Of a stretch of DNA of 63,209 bases, positions 1 to 7,824 are shown piece after piece. Numbering within the stretch: the first letter of the stretch is position 1; each line of letters begins with the position of its first letter. The position numbers were made by a program, and so were the translations under genes. A model generated the notes under the pieces. That model did no database searches. It had not been told where the DNA came from and worked only from the letters and a program-made list of their open reading frames with translations. The DNA comes from Pseudomonadota bacterium (GTDB lineage Bacteria; Myxococcota_A; Polyangia; Polyangiales; JAFGIB01), in NCBI GenBank assembly GCA_017881185.1, contig JADGRE010000005.1, positions 1 through 63,209 on the forward strand, read 5' to 3'.

Positions 1-90
1 CTGAGCGTGATGCTCACGCACGCGCACAGCGACGCCGTTGGCGATCGGCTGTCATTGCTGGCGTTCTTGCATTTAGGGGCATGGCGATGA
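1..90 (+). CDS. 3' end of a truncated gene, possibly an outer-membrane beta-barrel
   Basis: Frame 1 is open from base 1 (LSVMLTHAHSDAVGDRLSLLAFLHLGAWR*). Its TGA (88-90) overlaps the ATG at 87 of the cytochrome gene (ATGA coupling). The hydrophobic last strand with a near-terminal Trp fits, but does not prove, a beta-signal. Confidence 0.45.
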   Translation: MSVMLTHAHSDAVGDRLSLLAFLHLGAWR

Positions 91-1232
91 CCAGACATCA
101 CGCGCTGCTTGCAGTGCTGCTGATGGCGGCGGCCACGGGCGTCGCAACTGGCGTGCGCGCTGACGCCAACGCGAATTCGAGCCGGGTGTCAGCCTTGGTC
201 TACCCGCCTCGGGGCGGTGCGCTACGCATCAGCCATACGACGCCGGCACACGCACAGCTCCCGTGCGTCAGCTGCCACGCGAACGCATCACACAGCACGC
301 AGGCCGCAGACGATCTCTCGCCGCCCGAGACCGCGTGCCAGTCGTGTCACGCACAGCGAATGGACCGCAGCCACCCGCAGGGCCAGACCTGCGGCTACTG
401 CCACGCCGATTTCGACGCCACTCGGCCGCTCGCGCTCGGCGCACGAGGCGCCCCGCGGGCGCGTATCGCGTTCTCGCACGCACGTCACACGGCTGCGACC
501 TGCGAGCTTTGCCACGTTGCCGATGCGGCCGGTCAGCGCGCTTTGCCGAGCATGAGCGAATGCATGGCGTGTCACACCGGCAAGCAGACCCTCGGCTGCA
601 CGGGCTGTCACGCGACCGCACCTGGTGGGCTCGTCCAAACTCGCTTCCCCGAGGGCAAGCTCGTGCCGCGTTCGGCGTTTCTCGGCATGGCGCACGGCGG
701 CGACTTCCTCGTACGGCACCGCTGGCTTGCGGCCGACGAGGGCAACGCCTGCTCCAGCTGCCACACGGAGAAGGATTGCAGCGACTGCCACATGGGCGAT
801 CGCCGGCCGGCGCGGATCCACCCCAACGATTACCTCGCGCTCCATGCCCAGGACTCGCGGCGCAACCAAACCCGCTGCACCAGCTGCCACACCACCCAGA
901 GCTTCTGCTTGCCCTGCCACGCGCGCCTGGGCGTGTCGGACGTGGCCGCGCCCGATCTGCTGTCGCCGAGGCGCTTTCACCCGCCCACCAGCGTGTGGGC
1001 GCGCGGGCCCGTGCAGCACGCGCGCGAAGCACAGCGTTCGCTGGGCAGTTGCACGAGCTGTCACGTCGAGCGCGATTGCGTGCAATGCCATGGGGGCAAG
1101 GGCATCGGCGCAGGTCTGTCCCCGCACCCGCCAGGCTTCAATGCCGAGTGCGGTCGCCGTTTGGCGCAGAACGCGCGCCCCTGCGTGGTCTGCCACGGGT
1201 CCCTCGAACAGTTGCGTTCACGGTGTCGCTAG
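87..1232 (+). CDS. secreted multiheme cytochrome c (13 CXXCH motifs, cytochrome c3/c7-like)
   Basis: Sec-type signal peptide. Thirteen CXXCH motifs counted (CVSCH, CQSCH, CGYCH, CELCH, CMACH, CTGCH, CSSCH, CSDCH, CTSCH, CLPCH, CTSCH, CVQCH, CVVCH), plus FSHARH-type distal His motifs. Start at 81 or 87; 87 preferred because of the ATGA overlap. Confidence 0.9.
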   Translation: MTRHHALLAVLLMAAATGVATGVRADANANSSRVSALVYPPRGGALRISHTTPAHAQLPCVSCHANASHSTQAADDLSPPETACQSCHAQRMDRSHPQGQTCGYCHADFDATRPLALGARGAPRARIAFSHARHTAATCELCHVADAAGQRALPSMSECMACHTGKQTLGCTGCHATAPGGLVQTRFPEGKLVPRSAFLGMAHGGDFLVRHRWLAADEGNACSSCHTEKDCSDCHMGDRRPARIHPNDYLALHAQDSRRNQTRCTSCHTTQSFCLPCHARLGVSDVAAPDLLSPRRFHPPTSVWARGPVQHAREAQRSLGSCTSCHVERDCVQCHGGKGIGAGLSPHPPGFNAECGRRLAQNARPCVVCHGSLEQLRSRCR

Positions 1233-1369
1233 CTCGGCACACTGGAATTCGGGCAGCACATCCCGACCGATTCGCCGCGGACCGCCACTTTCGTGCTTTG
1301 AACTTGCGCCCCCTTGTTGCGGGGGTCTACAAGAACGTGTTGCGCGGCACTTAACCATGGAGGTTCCTC

Positions 1370-1624
1370 GTGAGGGAGCTTGTTCGCTACTTGCTGGAAA
1401 ACGCCTATATCGACTTTGGTGGCGATCTCTCCATGGAAAAGGTCCGTGAGTTCCTGCGTGACGACGACACGCGCGAAGCCCGTGCGCTGCTCGCCAAGCT
1501 CATCGACGACAAGGGCGTCGACGACTTGATGATCACGATTGCGGATTGCTTGAAGGACCACATCCGCGCCGGCATCACCGAGGACACGATTCGCGAGCAA
1601 CTCAGCACGTACAGCGAATCCTGA
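1370..1624 (+). CDS. small acidic helical hypothetical protein (84 aa)
   Basis: GGAGG at 1359-1363 before a GTG start; strongly biased GC3 codon usage; no recognisable motif. Confidence 0.75.
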   Translation: MRELVRYLLENAYIDFGGDLSMEKVREFLRDDDTREARALLAKLIDDKGVDDLMITIADCLKDHIRAGITEDTIREQLSTYSES

Positions 1625-1631
1625 TCGGGTT

Positions 1632-2447
1632 TTGATTGGCAAGCGCATCGGCATCGGCCTCGCATGCTGCCTCGTGTGGTGCGGGGCGGGGGCCTGTGAC
1701 GTCGCTGTCCCGGCCCGCGGCGCCACGGCCTGGAAGATCACTTCTTCCCCTGTAGACGGCGCGGTTGGTGTGGCGCGTGCCGACCGGCTGGTGGTGCGCT
1801 TCGATCGGCTGATCGTGCCGCAGACCATCGACGCCTACAGCGCCTCGCTGCATTCGGGCAACGTGCGGATCGACCCGGTGCTGCGTTGGCAGCCGGTCCA
1901 GCGCGAGCTGTGGCTGGACCTCGACGCACAGCACCCGCTCGACGCAGGCGTGGCCTACGTCCTCCAGGTCGATGGATTGGTAGACCTCGACGGCGCGGAC
2001 CAACCCGAGCCGTACCGCGTCCACTTCACCACGGGGGACGCGGTGGGCGGGCCGCCAGCGCAGCCACAGCTGGAGGTCAGCGCGGTGCGCAGCCTGCTTG
2101 AGCAGCGCTGCGGGCAGTCCAGCTGTCATGACGGGAACGCGCCAGCCGTCGGGCTCGATCTCGTGACTGCCCAGGGCATTCTCACCACGGCCATCGGAGC
2201 CCGCTCGCATTCGCCCGCCGGGACCACCGGCGAGGAGGGCGTCCGGGGGGCGTCCTGGCTGACGGGGCTGCGGATCATCGATGTGGTGGAGGGCCAGGGG
2301 CAGCCGGCCACCAGCGAGCTGCTCTACAAAGTGCTCGGCGACCCGCATGTCGGCGGCGATCCCATGCCGCCCGAGGGCCCGCCGCTCAGCGAAACGCAGC
2401 TCGCTCAGATCTCCGCGTGGATCGCCGCCGGTGCGCCGCTGCAGTGA
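1632..2447 (+). CDS. lipoprotein with bacterial Ig-like (Big_5/SbsA-type) domain and C-terminal c-type cytochrome-like domain
   Basis: Lipobox-like GAGAC; 'SSPVDGAVGV...LVVRFDR...YRVHFTTG' Ig-like segment; CGQSSCH (CX4CH) followed by 'GLDL...GDPMPP...L..I..WI..GA'. Start uncertain (TTG). Confidence 0.7.
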   Translation: MIGKRIGIGLACCLVWCGAGACDVAVPARGATAWKITSSPVDGAVGVARADRLVVRFDRLIVPQTIDAYSASLHSGNVRIDPVLRWQPVQRELWLDLDAQHPLDAGVAYVLQVDGLVDLDGADQPEPYRVHFTTGDAVGGPPAQPQLEVSAVRSLLEQRCGQSSCHDGNAPAVGLDLVTAQGILTTAIGARSHSPAGTTGEEGVRGASWLTGLRIIDVVEGQGQPATSELLYKVLGDPHVGGDPMPPEGPPLSETQLAQISAWIAAGAPLQ

Positions 2448-2511
2448 CACGGCCGCCCGCGTGCAGCTGCGAGTTTCCTTCCGGCATCTGGGCTGCTAGC
2501 ATGCGCCCGCG

Positions 2512-3405
2512 ATGCGGCGGTCGCGTTCCAAAGGCTCTCTCGGCGTGATCTGTCGCGTCAGTGTCCTGCTAGTGCTGTCGGCGTGCGCCAGCAGCACCCA
2601 GGGCGCGTCGACTCCGGCCGACCGCAGCGCCAAGCCCGGTGGCACGCGGATCGAGAGCTTGGAGCACGTCGACACGGCCGAGCTCACCGACGCCGAGAAG
2701 GCGCAGTGGGTCGACCTCGTCAACGACCAGCTGTCGCCTTGCGGCGATCCGATCAGCGTCGCGAAGTGCGTCGCTACGCACAACAAGTGCGGTGCCTGCG
2801 TAACTGCCGCGCGCTATCTCGTTCGCCTCGTCACCGAGGGCTACGACCGCCAGACCATCGTCGATCAGTACCAGAGCCGCTTCGCGAAGGAGCGTGCGCT
2901 CGCGGTGCCGGTCGATGACGCACCTTCACGCGGTGCACCCATGGCGAAGGTCACGATCGTGGAGTTCAGCGACTTCCAGTGCCCGCATTGCGGTGCAGCG
3001 CATCCAGAGCTGGTGCAGCTGCTGCGCACCTTCGATGGCAGCGTGCGCCTCGTCTACAAGTACTTCCCATTGAGTGGCCACGATCGAGCCATGCCGGCGG
3101 CGCGCGCAGCCGAAGCCGCACGCATGCAAGGCAAGTTCTGGGAGATGCACGACCTCTTGTTCGAGCACCAGCGCAGCCTGACCGACGAAGACATCACGAA
3201 GTACGCCCAGCAGCTGGGCTTGGACACAGCGCGCTTTGCGGCGGACTCGAGCGCCGAGGCCGTGCAGAAGCGCATCGACGCCAGCAAGGCCGAAGGCCAG
3301 AAGCTCGGGGTCGAAGCCACGCCCTCGTTCTACGTGAATGGGCGCCAGTTCAAGGAAGCGCCACGAGCTTTGGCGGCCTACGTGCGTGAAGAGCTGGAGC
3401 TGTAG
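2512..3405 (+). CDS. DsbA-family thioredoxin-fold lipoprotein with Cys-rich N-terminal domain
   Basis: LSAC lipobox; 'VTIVEFSDFQCPHC' active site; 'GVEATPSFYVNG' cis-Pro loop. Confidence 0.9.
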   Translation: MRRSRSKGSLGVICRVSVLLVLSACASSTQGASTPADRSAKPGGTRIESLEHVDTAELTDAEKAQWVDLVNDQLSPCGDPISVAKCVATHNKCGACVTAARYLVRLVTEGYDRQTIVDQYQSRFAKERALAVPVDDAPSRGAPMAKVTIVEFSDFQCPHCGAAHPELVQLLRTFDGSVRLVYKYFPLSGHDRAMPAARAAEAARMQGKFWEMHDLLFEHQRSLTDEDITKYAQQLGLDTARFAADSSAEAVQKRIDASKAEGQKLGVEATPSFYVNGRQFKEAPRALAAYVREELEL

Positions 3406-3494
3406 GCAACCGCCGCACTGTAGCCACGCGCGCTGCGAGTGAATAACGCGTCCCCATATCGGCGTCTGGCCGGTACCACTGAACCCGAGGGAAC

Positions 3495-4013
3495 ATGCCG
3501 CGCCGTCGAAACCAGCTGTTCTCTTGGCTCGCCGCGTTCTGCTTGTGTGCCGGCATTGTGCTGTGCGCTGCGCCAAGCCGGGCGCTGGATGCCGGTGCGA
3601 AGCTGCCCGAGATCGGTCTGAATGACCTTTCCGGGAACCCGGTCAGCGCAGCCAGCCTGGTCGGCAAGGTCGTGGTCGTCGATTTCTGGGCCACTTGGTG
3701 CGCGCCGTGCCGGGAAGAGCTGCCGATGCTCGACAAGCTCTACCAGAAGTACCGTGCGCAGGGGCTCGTGGTGGTGGGCGTCAGCGTCGACAAAGACGTC
3801 GACAACGTCCGTAAGTTCCTCGGCAAGTTGCCGCTGTCGTTCCCCATCACGCACGACGCCCAGCATCAGGTGTCGGGACGCTACCAGCCGCCGCGCATGC
3901 CTTCGTCGTACATCGTCGACAAGAAAGGCATCGTGCGCTTCGTACACGGCGGCTACCGCGCGCAAGATGCGCACGAGTTCGAAGCACAGATCCAGTCGCT
4001 CTTGGCCAAGTGA
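3495..4013 (+). CDS. TlpA/ResA-family thiol:disulfide oxidoreductase
   Basis: Signal peptide; 'GKVVVVDFWATWCAPCREELP' motif; 'MPSSYIVDKKG'. Confidence 0.92.
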   Translation: MPRRRNQLFSWLAAFCLCAGIVLCAAPSRALDAGAKLPEIGLNDLSGNPVSAASLVGKVVVVDFWATWCAPCREELPMLDKLYQKYRAQGLVVVGVSVDKDVDNVRKFLGKLPLSFPITHDAQHQVSGRYQPPRMPSSYIVDKKGIVRFVHGGYRAQDAHEFEAQIQSLLAK

Positions 4014-4043
4014 GCGCTGCCCGCAGCCAACAGCTGCAGCGCG

Positions 4044-5651
4044 CTAGCTCGGCCGCACCCGCACGCTGTGCAGGAACTCCGCCAGTTGTTCGGCGACGTA
4101 GTTGACGACCGCGACGTCGTTGCTGGAGAACGCGCCGGTCTGCCGGTTGACGAGCTGCAGTAGGCCCAGCAGGTGCCCCTCGCGCACTACGGCGCGCAGC
4201 AACATGTCGCTGACTTCGAGCCCCTCGCGCGCATCGCTCGCTGCGTTGTAGTTGGGATGCGCGCGCACGTCGGAGACGACCAGTGGCCGGCCTTCGATAT
4301 GGCACGCATGCCCGAGCAGCCCCAAGCTGCGGCTGATCGCCGTGCCGCGCAGCGCATCGGCCCCGGGGCCAGTCGCAGCCACGAAGCGCAGCTCGTCGGT
4401 ATTGATGTCGTACAGGCACGCGGTCGCTGCAGCAGTTGGAACGGTCTGCGCGAGCAGGCGGATCACGAAATCGAGGCCTTCGGCCGCGGTGCGCAGGTGC
4501 GGGAGCTCGTGCAGCTCTTCGAACACCAACGCCAGGCGGTCGTCGTGGTCGCCGTCGTCGCGCGCTGCGGCGGGATAATCGACGGCGGGCTCACCGCGCC
4601 AGTCGCGCCATTCGAGCACAATCAGGGGAGGGCGTTCCGGCCCATTGCTCCAGCGGTGATCGAACGCAGCGAGGTTCACGAACTTCCCGCGCGCGGCGCC
4701 CTCGATCTGCCGTTGCAGGTCTGCCAGGACGAAGCGCAGCGCTGCCTCTGCTTCCGTCACCGTCATGCCACGCGGGATGAGGTACGCGCGTTCGCGGTAG
4801 GTCAGCGGATTTTGAGCGCCCGGGTCTTCGTCGCGCGTGAAGAGCAGCTCGAGCGGTGCCGCCGTCGGCGGCGAAGGCTGGCTGCTTCGCAAGCTGGGTT
4901 GTGAAACCGGTCGTGACACCGCACGCGCCGGGGCGGCTGCCGCGGCAGGCTCTTGCCCGCCGACATTGATCGAAGCCATCACTTTGCGGGTCTCGTCCGG
5001 CGAAAACGCCACCGTCTCGAACTTCTTCTTCTTCTTCTTCCCCGGCGGCTCCGCCCCTTGCGCCGGCGCTGCTGCCTGCGCGGCGGCTGGCTGGGCCAGC
5101 GCCGCACTGACCGCCGCCGCAGGCTGCGTGACGGCCGGTTGCGCGACCACGGCGACAGGCTGCTGGGCAACCACGGAGGCGCTCGGCTGAACCGCAGCCA
5201 CTGGCGTTCCAGGCAACGGCATACCCGGCGTGTACGCGACGGTCTGGAACTTGGCCTTTTTCGCAGGCTTGCTCGGCGCAGGCGCATCGGCGCCGGGTGT
5301 TGCAGCGACCGGCGCGGCCGCCGCGATCGCGACCGGTTGCGCTGATGGCACCGGCTGCAGCACGATCGCGTTTGCGGCTTGGGCGGCAGGCGGATTGCTT
5401 GGTGGTGGCAACGAGCTGGTGAGAGGCGTCAGCAGGAATTTCCGGCGCGACGCGGAATCCAAGATCGTCACCGTGCCGTCAGGTGCCACGGCGCAGCTGG
5501 CTCCCGGCGGAACCCCGCCTTCCTCGCCAAGCTCTTGGCGCGCGGTGCGCAGCGCACCCATCCAATTGCTCGCGTCGACCTCCAGCTGGTGCAGAGGTGT
5601 GGCGCCACTCAGTGGGTTGACGATCAGCCGCCAGCGTTTCGTGGTCACCAC
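4044..5651 (-). CDS. GAF-domain protein with long Pro/Ala linker
   Basis: C-terminal GAF ('ELRFVAATG...LGLLQLVNR...FSSND'); low-complexity middle region; no output domain visible. Confidence 0.8.
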   Translation of the reverse strand: MVTTKRWRLIVNPLSGATPLHQLEVDASNWMGALRTARQELGEEGGVPPGASCAVAPDGTVTILDSASRRKFLLTPLTSSLPPPSNPPAAQAANAIVLQPVPSAQPVAIAAAAPVAATPGADAPAPSKPAKKAKFQTVAYTPGMPLPGTPVAAVQPSASVVAQQPVAVVAQPAVTQPAAAVSAALAQPAAAQAAAPAQGAEPPGKKKKKKFETVAFSPDETRKVMASINVGGQEPAAAAAPARAVSRPVSQPSLRSSQPSPPTAAPLELLFTRDEDPGAQNPLTYRERAYLIPRGMTVTEAEAALRFVLADLQRQIEGAARGKFVNLAAFDHRWSNGPERPPLIVLEWRDWRGEPAVDYPAAARDDGDHDDRLALVFEELHELPHLRTAAEGLDFVIRLLAQTVPTAAATACLYDINTDELRFVAATGPGADALRGTAISRSLGLLGHACHIEGRPLVVSDVRAHPNYNAASDAREGLEVSDMLLRAVVREGHLLGLLQLVNRQTGAFSSNDVAVVNYVAEQLAEFLHSVRVRPS

Positions 5652-5726
5652 AGCTGCACCGGCCTGCTCGAGAATCTCACGGGGAACTCAGGAAGTTTTT
5701 AGCAACCGCGACTTTGAACGGTCAAG

Positions 5727-5753
5727 GAAAGCAAGTTGTAACCGACCAGAAAC
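5727..5753 (+). promoter_or_regulatory. GlnR-box-like direct repeat GAAAG-N6-GTAAC-N6-GAAAC
   Basis: GTAAC at 5738-5742 and GAAAC at 5749-5753, with 11-bp periodicity, upstream of an OmpR-family regulator. Confidence 0.5.
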
Positions 5754-5858
5754 ATTCACACTCTAGGATCATCCAATAACGCTTTGCGTGGTCGGCATCC
5801 TAGGCTACGACGCCAGAAGGTAACAGCCGAGCGCACGGCCAGGTGAGAGCATAGAGAC

Positions 5859-6536
5859 ATGTGGGTCCTAGTCATTGGTTCAAGCGCGATTTTGCAGCGC
5901 GACGACGGGGGGCTTGCGGTGCTCAAGGAGCTCGGCTGCCGGGTGCAGGCCCACGACCTCTGGGACGACCTCGACGAGCCGGCGTTCTTGGAGGACCCCC
6001 CAGCGGCGATTCTGGTGGAGGCACTCGACCAGTTCGATGCGGGCAGGGCCGCGCTGATGCGTATCCGTGCCGTCGCCGCGCTGGCTGAAGTGCCATGCCT
6101 GGTTGCCGTGTCGGTTGGCCAGGCACAACGCCTCGACGGCAACGACGGCTTCGACGACTTCGTCCTGGTGCCGTACGTGCCCGCGGAGCTCTACATGCGG
6201 ATTCGCCGCGCCGAGTGGCGGCGCAGCGAATTCGCCGGCAAGGAGCGCATCAAGATCGGCCCGATGTGCCTCGACCTGGCCGGTCACGAGGTCACGGTCG
6301 ACGGCCGTGTGATCGATCTGACCCACCAGGAATTCGCGCTGCTCAAGTTCCTGAGCCAGAACCGCGGGCGCGTGTTCAGTCGCGAACAGCTGCTCAACCG
6401 GGTCTGGGGCGTGAACTATTACGGGGGCAGTCGCACCGTCGACATCCACGTGCGCCGGCTGCGCATGAAGCTGGGTCCTGTGGCCGATCCCATCGAGACG
6501 GTACGCGGCGTCGGGTACAAGATGAAGGCACCGTGA
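5859..6536 (+). CDS. OmpR/PhoB-family winged-helix regulator with atypical receiver domain (GlnR-like)
   Basis: 'LTHQEFALLKFL...GRVFSREQLLNRVWG..YYGGSRTVDIHVRRLRMKLG...TVRGVGY'. The receiver has Glu at the apparent phospho-Asp position (AILVEA) and lacks the conserved Lys (DDFVLVPY). Confidence 0.9.
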   Translation: MWVLVIGSSAILQRDDGGLAVLKELGCRVQAHDLWDDLDEPAFLEDPPAAILVEALDQFDAGRAALMRIRAVAALAEVPCLVAVSVGQAQRLDGNDGFDDFVLVPYVPAELYMRIRRAEWRRSEFAGKERIKIGPMCLDLAGHEVTVDGRVIDLTHQEFALLKFLSQNRGRVFSREQLLNRVWGVNYYGGSRTVDIHVRRLRMKLGPVADPIETVRGVGYKMKAP

Positions 6537-7564
6537 CGGCCTGCGCGCTGGCGATCTCCACCGGCGATCCGGGAGGTGTCGGCCCGGAGATTTCGTTGCG
6601 CGTGGCCCTGGATGCGCGCGCGAGCGACCCGGTCGTGGTGTTCGGCGACGCCAGCTGGCTGTCGGCGCGCGCGCTGCAGCTGGGTGCCACGGGCGCTGAG
6701 ATCGTCAGGCTCGCTCCCGACGCTCGCTACGTGCTGCAGCCTGGGCAGCTCGGCATCGTAGACGTCGGTGTCAGCTGGAACGAAGAGGCACTCGCGCACC
6801 GGGCGACGGCCCGCGGTGGACTGGCACAGCTGCGTGCGCTCGATTTCGCCATGACTGCAGCACGGGCAGGGCGCGCCCGGGGCCTGGTGACCGCTCCGAT
6901 GAGCAAGGCAGCTGTGAATCTCGCCGGTCACGACTTCGTGGGGCACACCGAGCACCTCGCACGCGCCGCCGGCTTGGCGGACGACGCCGTCACCATGATG
7001 TTCCTCGGCCCCAAGCTGCGCGTCGCGCTGGTCACGACGCACGTTGCCATCGCGAAGTTGCCGGCGGAGATCACGCACGCGCGCGTGCTGCGCACCATCA
7101 CTCATCTGGCGCAGGCGCTGGTGCGTGAAGCGGGCGCTGCAACGGGCGCACGCCCGATCGACATGGTAGTGACGGGCTTGAACCCACACGCCGGTGAATC
7201 AGGGTTGTTCGGTGATGAAGAGCCGCGCGTGATCGAGCCGGCAATGCGCGCAGCGCGGGCGACTCCGCTGTTCGCAAGTGGCCGTGTCGTGCTGCGCGGG
7301 CCCATGCCCGCAGAGACGGCATTCCGTCAAGCTTCCACCGGCGGCATGGACGGCATCGTCGCGATGATGCACGACCAGGCGACCATCGCCTCGAAATTGC
7401 TCGACTGGGGGCAGGCGGTGAACGTCACCTGGGGCCTGCCATTCGTGCGCACCAGCGTCGACCACGGAGTTGCGTACGACGCGGCGCAGAGCGGTCGCGC
7501 CGAGGTCGAAGGCATGGCTTCCGCGTTGCGGCTCGCGCAGCGCTTGACTGCCTACGCTGGATGA
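6533..7564 (+). CDS. pdxA: 4-hydroxythreonine-4-phosphate dehydrogenase
   Basis: 'ISTGDPGGVGPEI', 'GHTEHLA', 'GLNPHAGE', 'MMHDQ', 'GLPFVRTSVDHG'. GTG start overlaps the regulator stop (GTGA). Confidence 0.93.
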   Translation: MTACALAISTGDPGGVGPEISLRVALDARASDPVVVFGDASWLSARALQLGATGAEIVRLAPDARYVLQPGQLGIVDVGVSWNEEALAHRATARGGLAQLRALDFAMTAARAGRARGLVTAPMSKAAVNLAGHDFVGHTEHLARAAGLADDAVTMMFLGPKLRVALVTTHVAIAKLPAEITHARVLRTITHLAQALVREAGAATGARPIDMVVTGLNPHAGESGLFGDEEPRVIEPAMRAARATPLFASGRVVLRGPMPAETAFRQASTGGMDGIVAMMHDQATIASKLLDWGQAVNVTWGLPFVRTSVDHGVAYDAAQSGRAEVEGMASALRLAQRLTAYAG

Positions 7565-7616
7565 CAGTGTGGTCGTTGCGCACCCGCGCCGATCGCAACT
7601 CCTGTCGCGTGTTGCG

Positions 7617-7646
7617 TTGACGCGCGCATTCGCCGGCCAGTAACCT
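7617..7646 (+). promoter_or_regulatory. sigma70-type promoter TTGACG-N18-TAACCT
   Basis: Hexamers at 7617-7622 and 7641-7646, upstream of the small ORF. Confidence 0.6.
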
Positions 7647-7671
7647 TGAGACAAAGGCGAGGTAAAAGCGC

Positions 7672-7818
7672 ATGCCATCTTGGGAAGAGCTCAGTCCCTC
7701 TGTACGTCGCTCGGTCTTCATTGGTGCCGCTCTGCTGCTCCTGTTGCTCGGGCTGCGCTTCTACGCGAGCAGTCCGGTGGGCAAGACCACGCCGCAGCGT
7801 GGGATCGCCGCGCAGTGA
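7672..7818 (+). CDS. 48-aa single-pass membrane small protein (absent from ORF track)
   Basis: MPSWEELSPSVRRSVFIGAALLLLLLGLRFYASSPVGKTTPQRGIAAQ*. GAGGT RBS at 7659-7663, own promoter, fills an intergenic gap without overlap. Confidence 0.7.
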   Translation: MPSWEELSPSVRRSVFIGAALLLLLLGLRFYASSPVGKTTPQRGIAAQ

Positions 7819-7824
7819 GCCTCC

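Noticed and set aside
6095-6532. Apparent N-terminal extension of PdxA
   Set aside because: It overlaps the regulator gene out of frame; PdxA similarity begins at GTG 6533.
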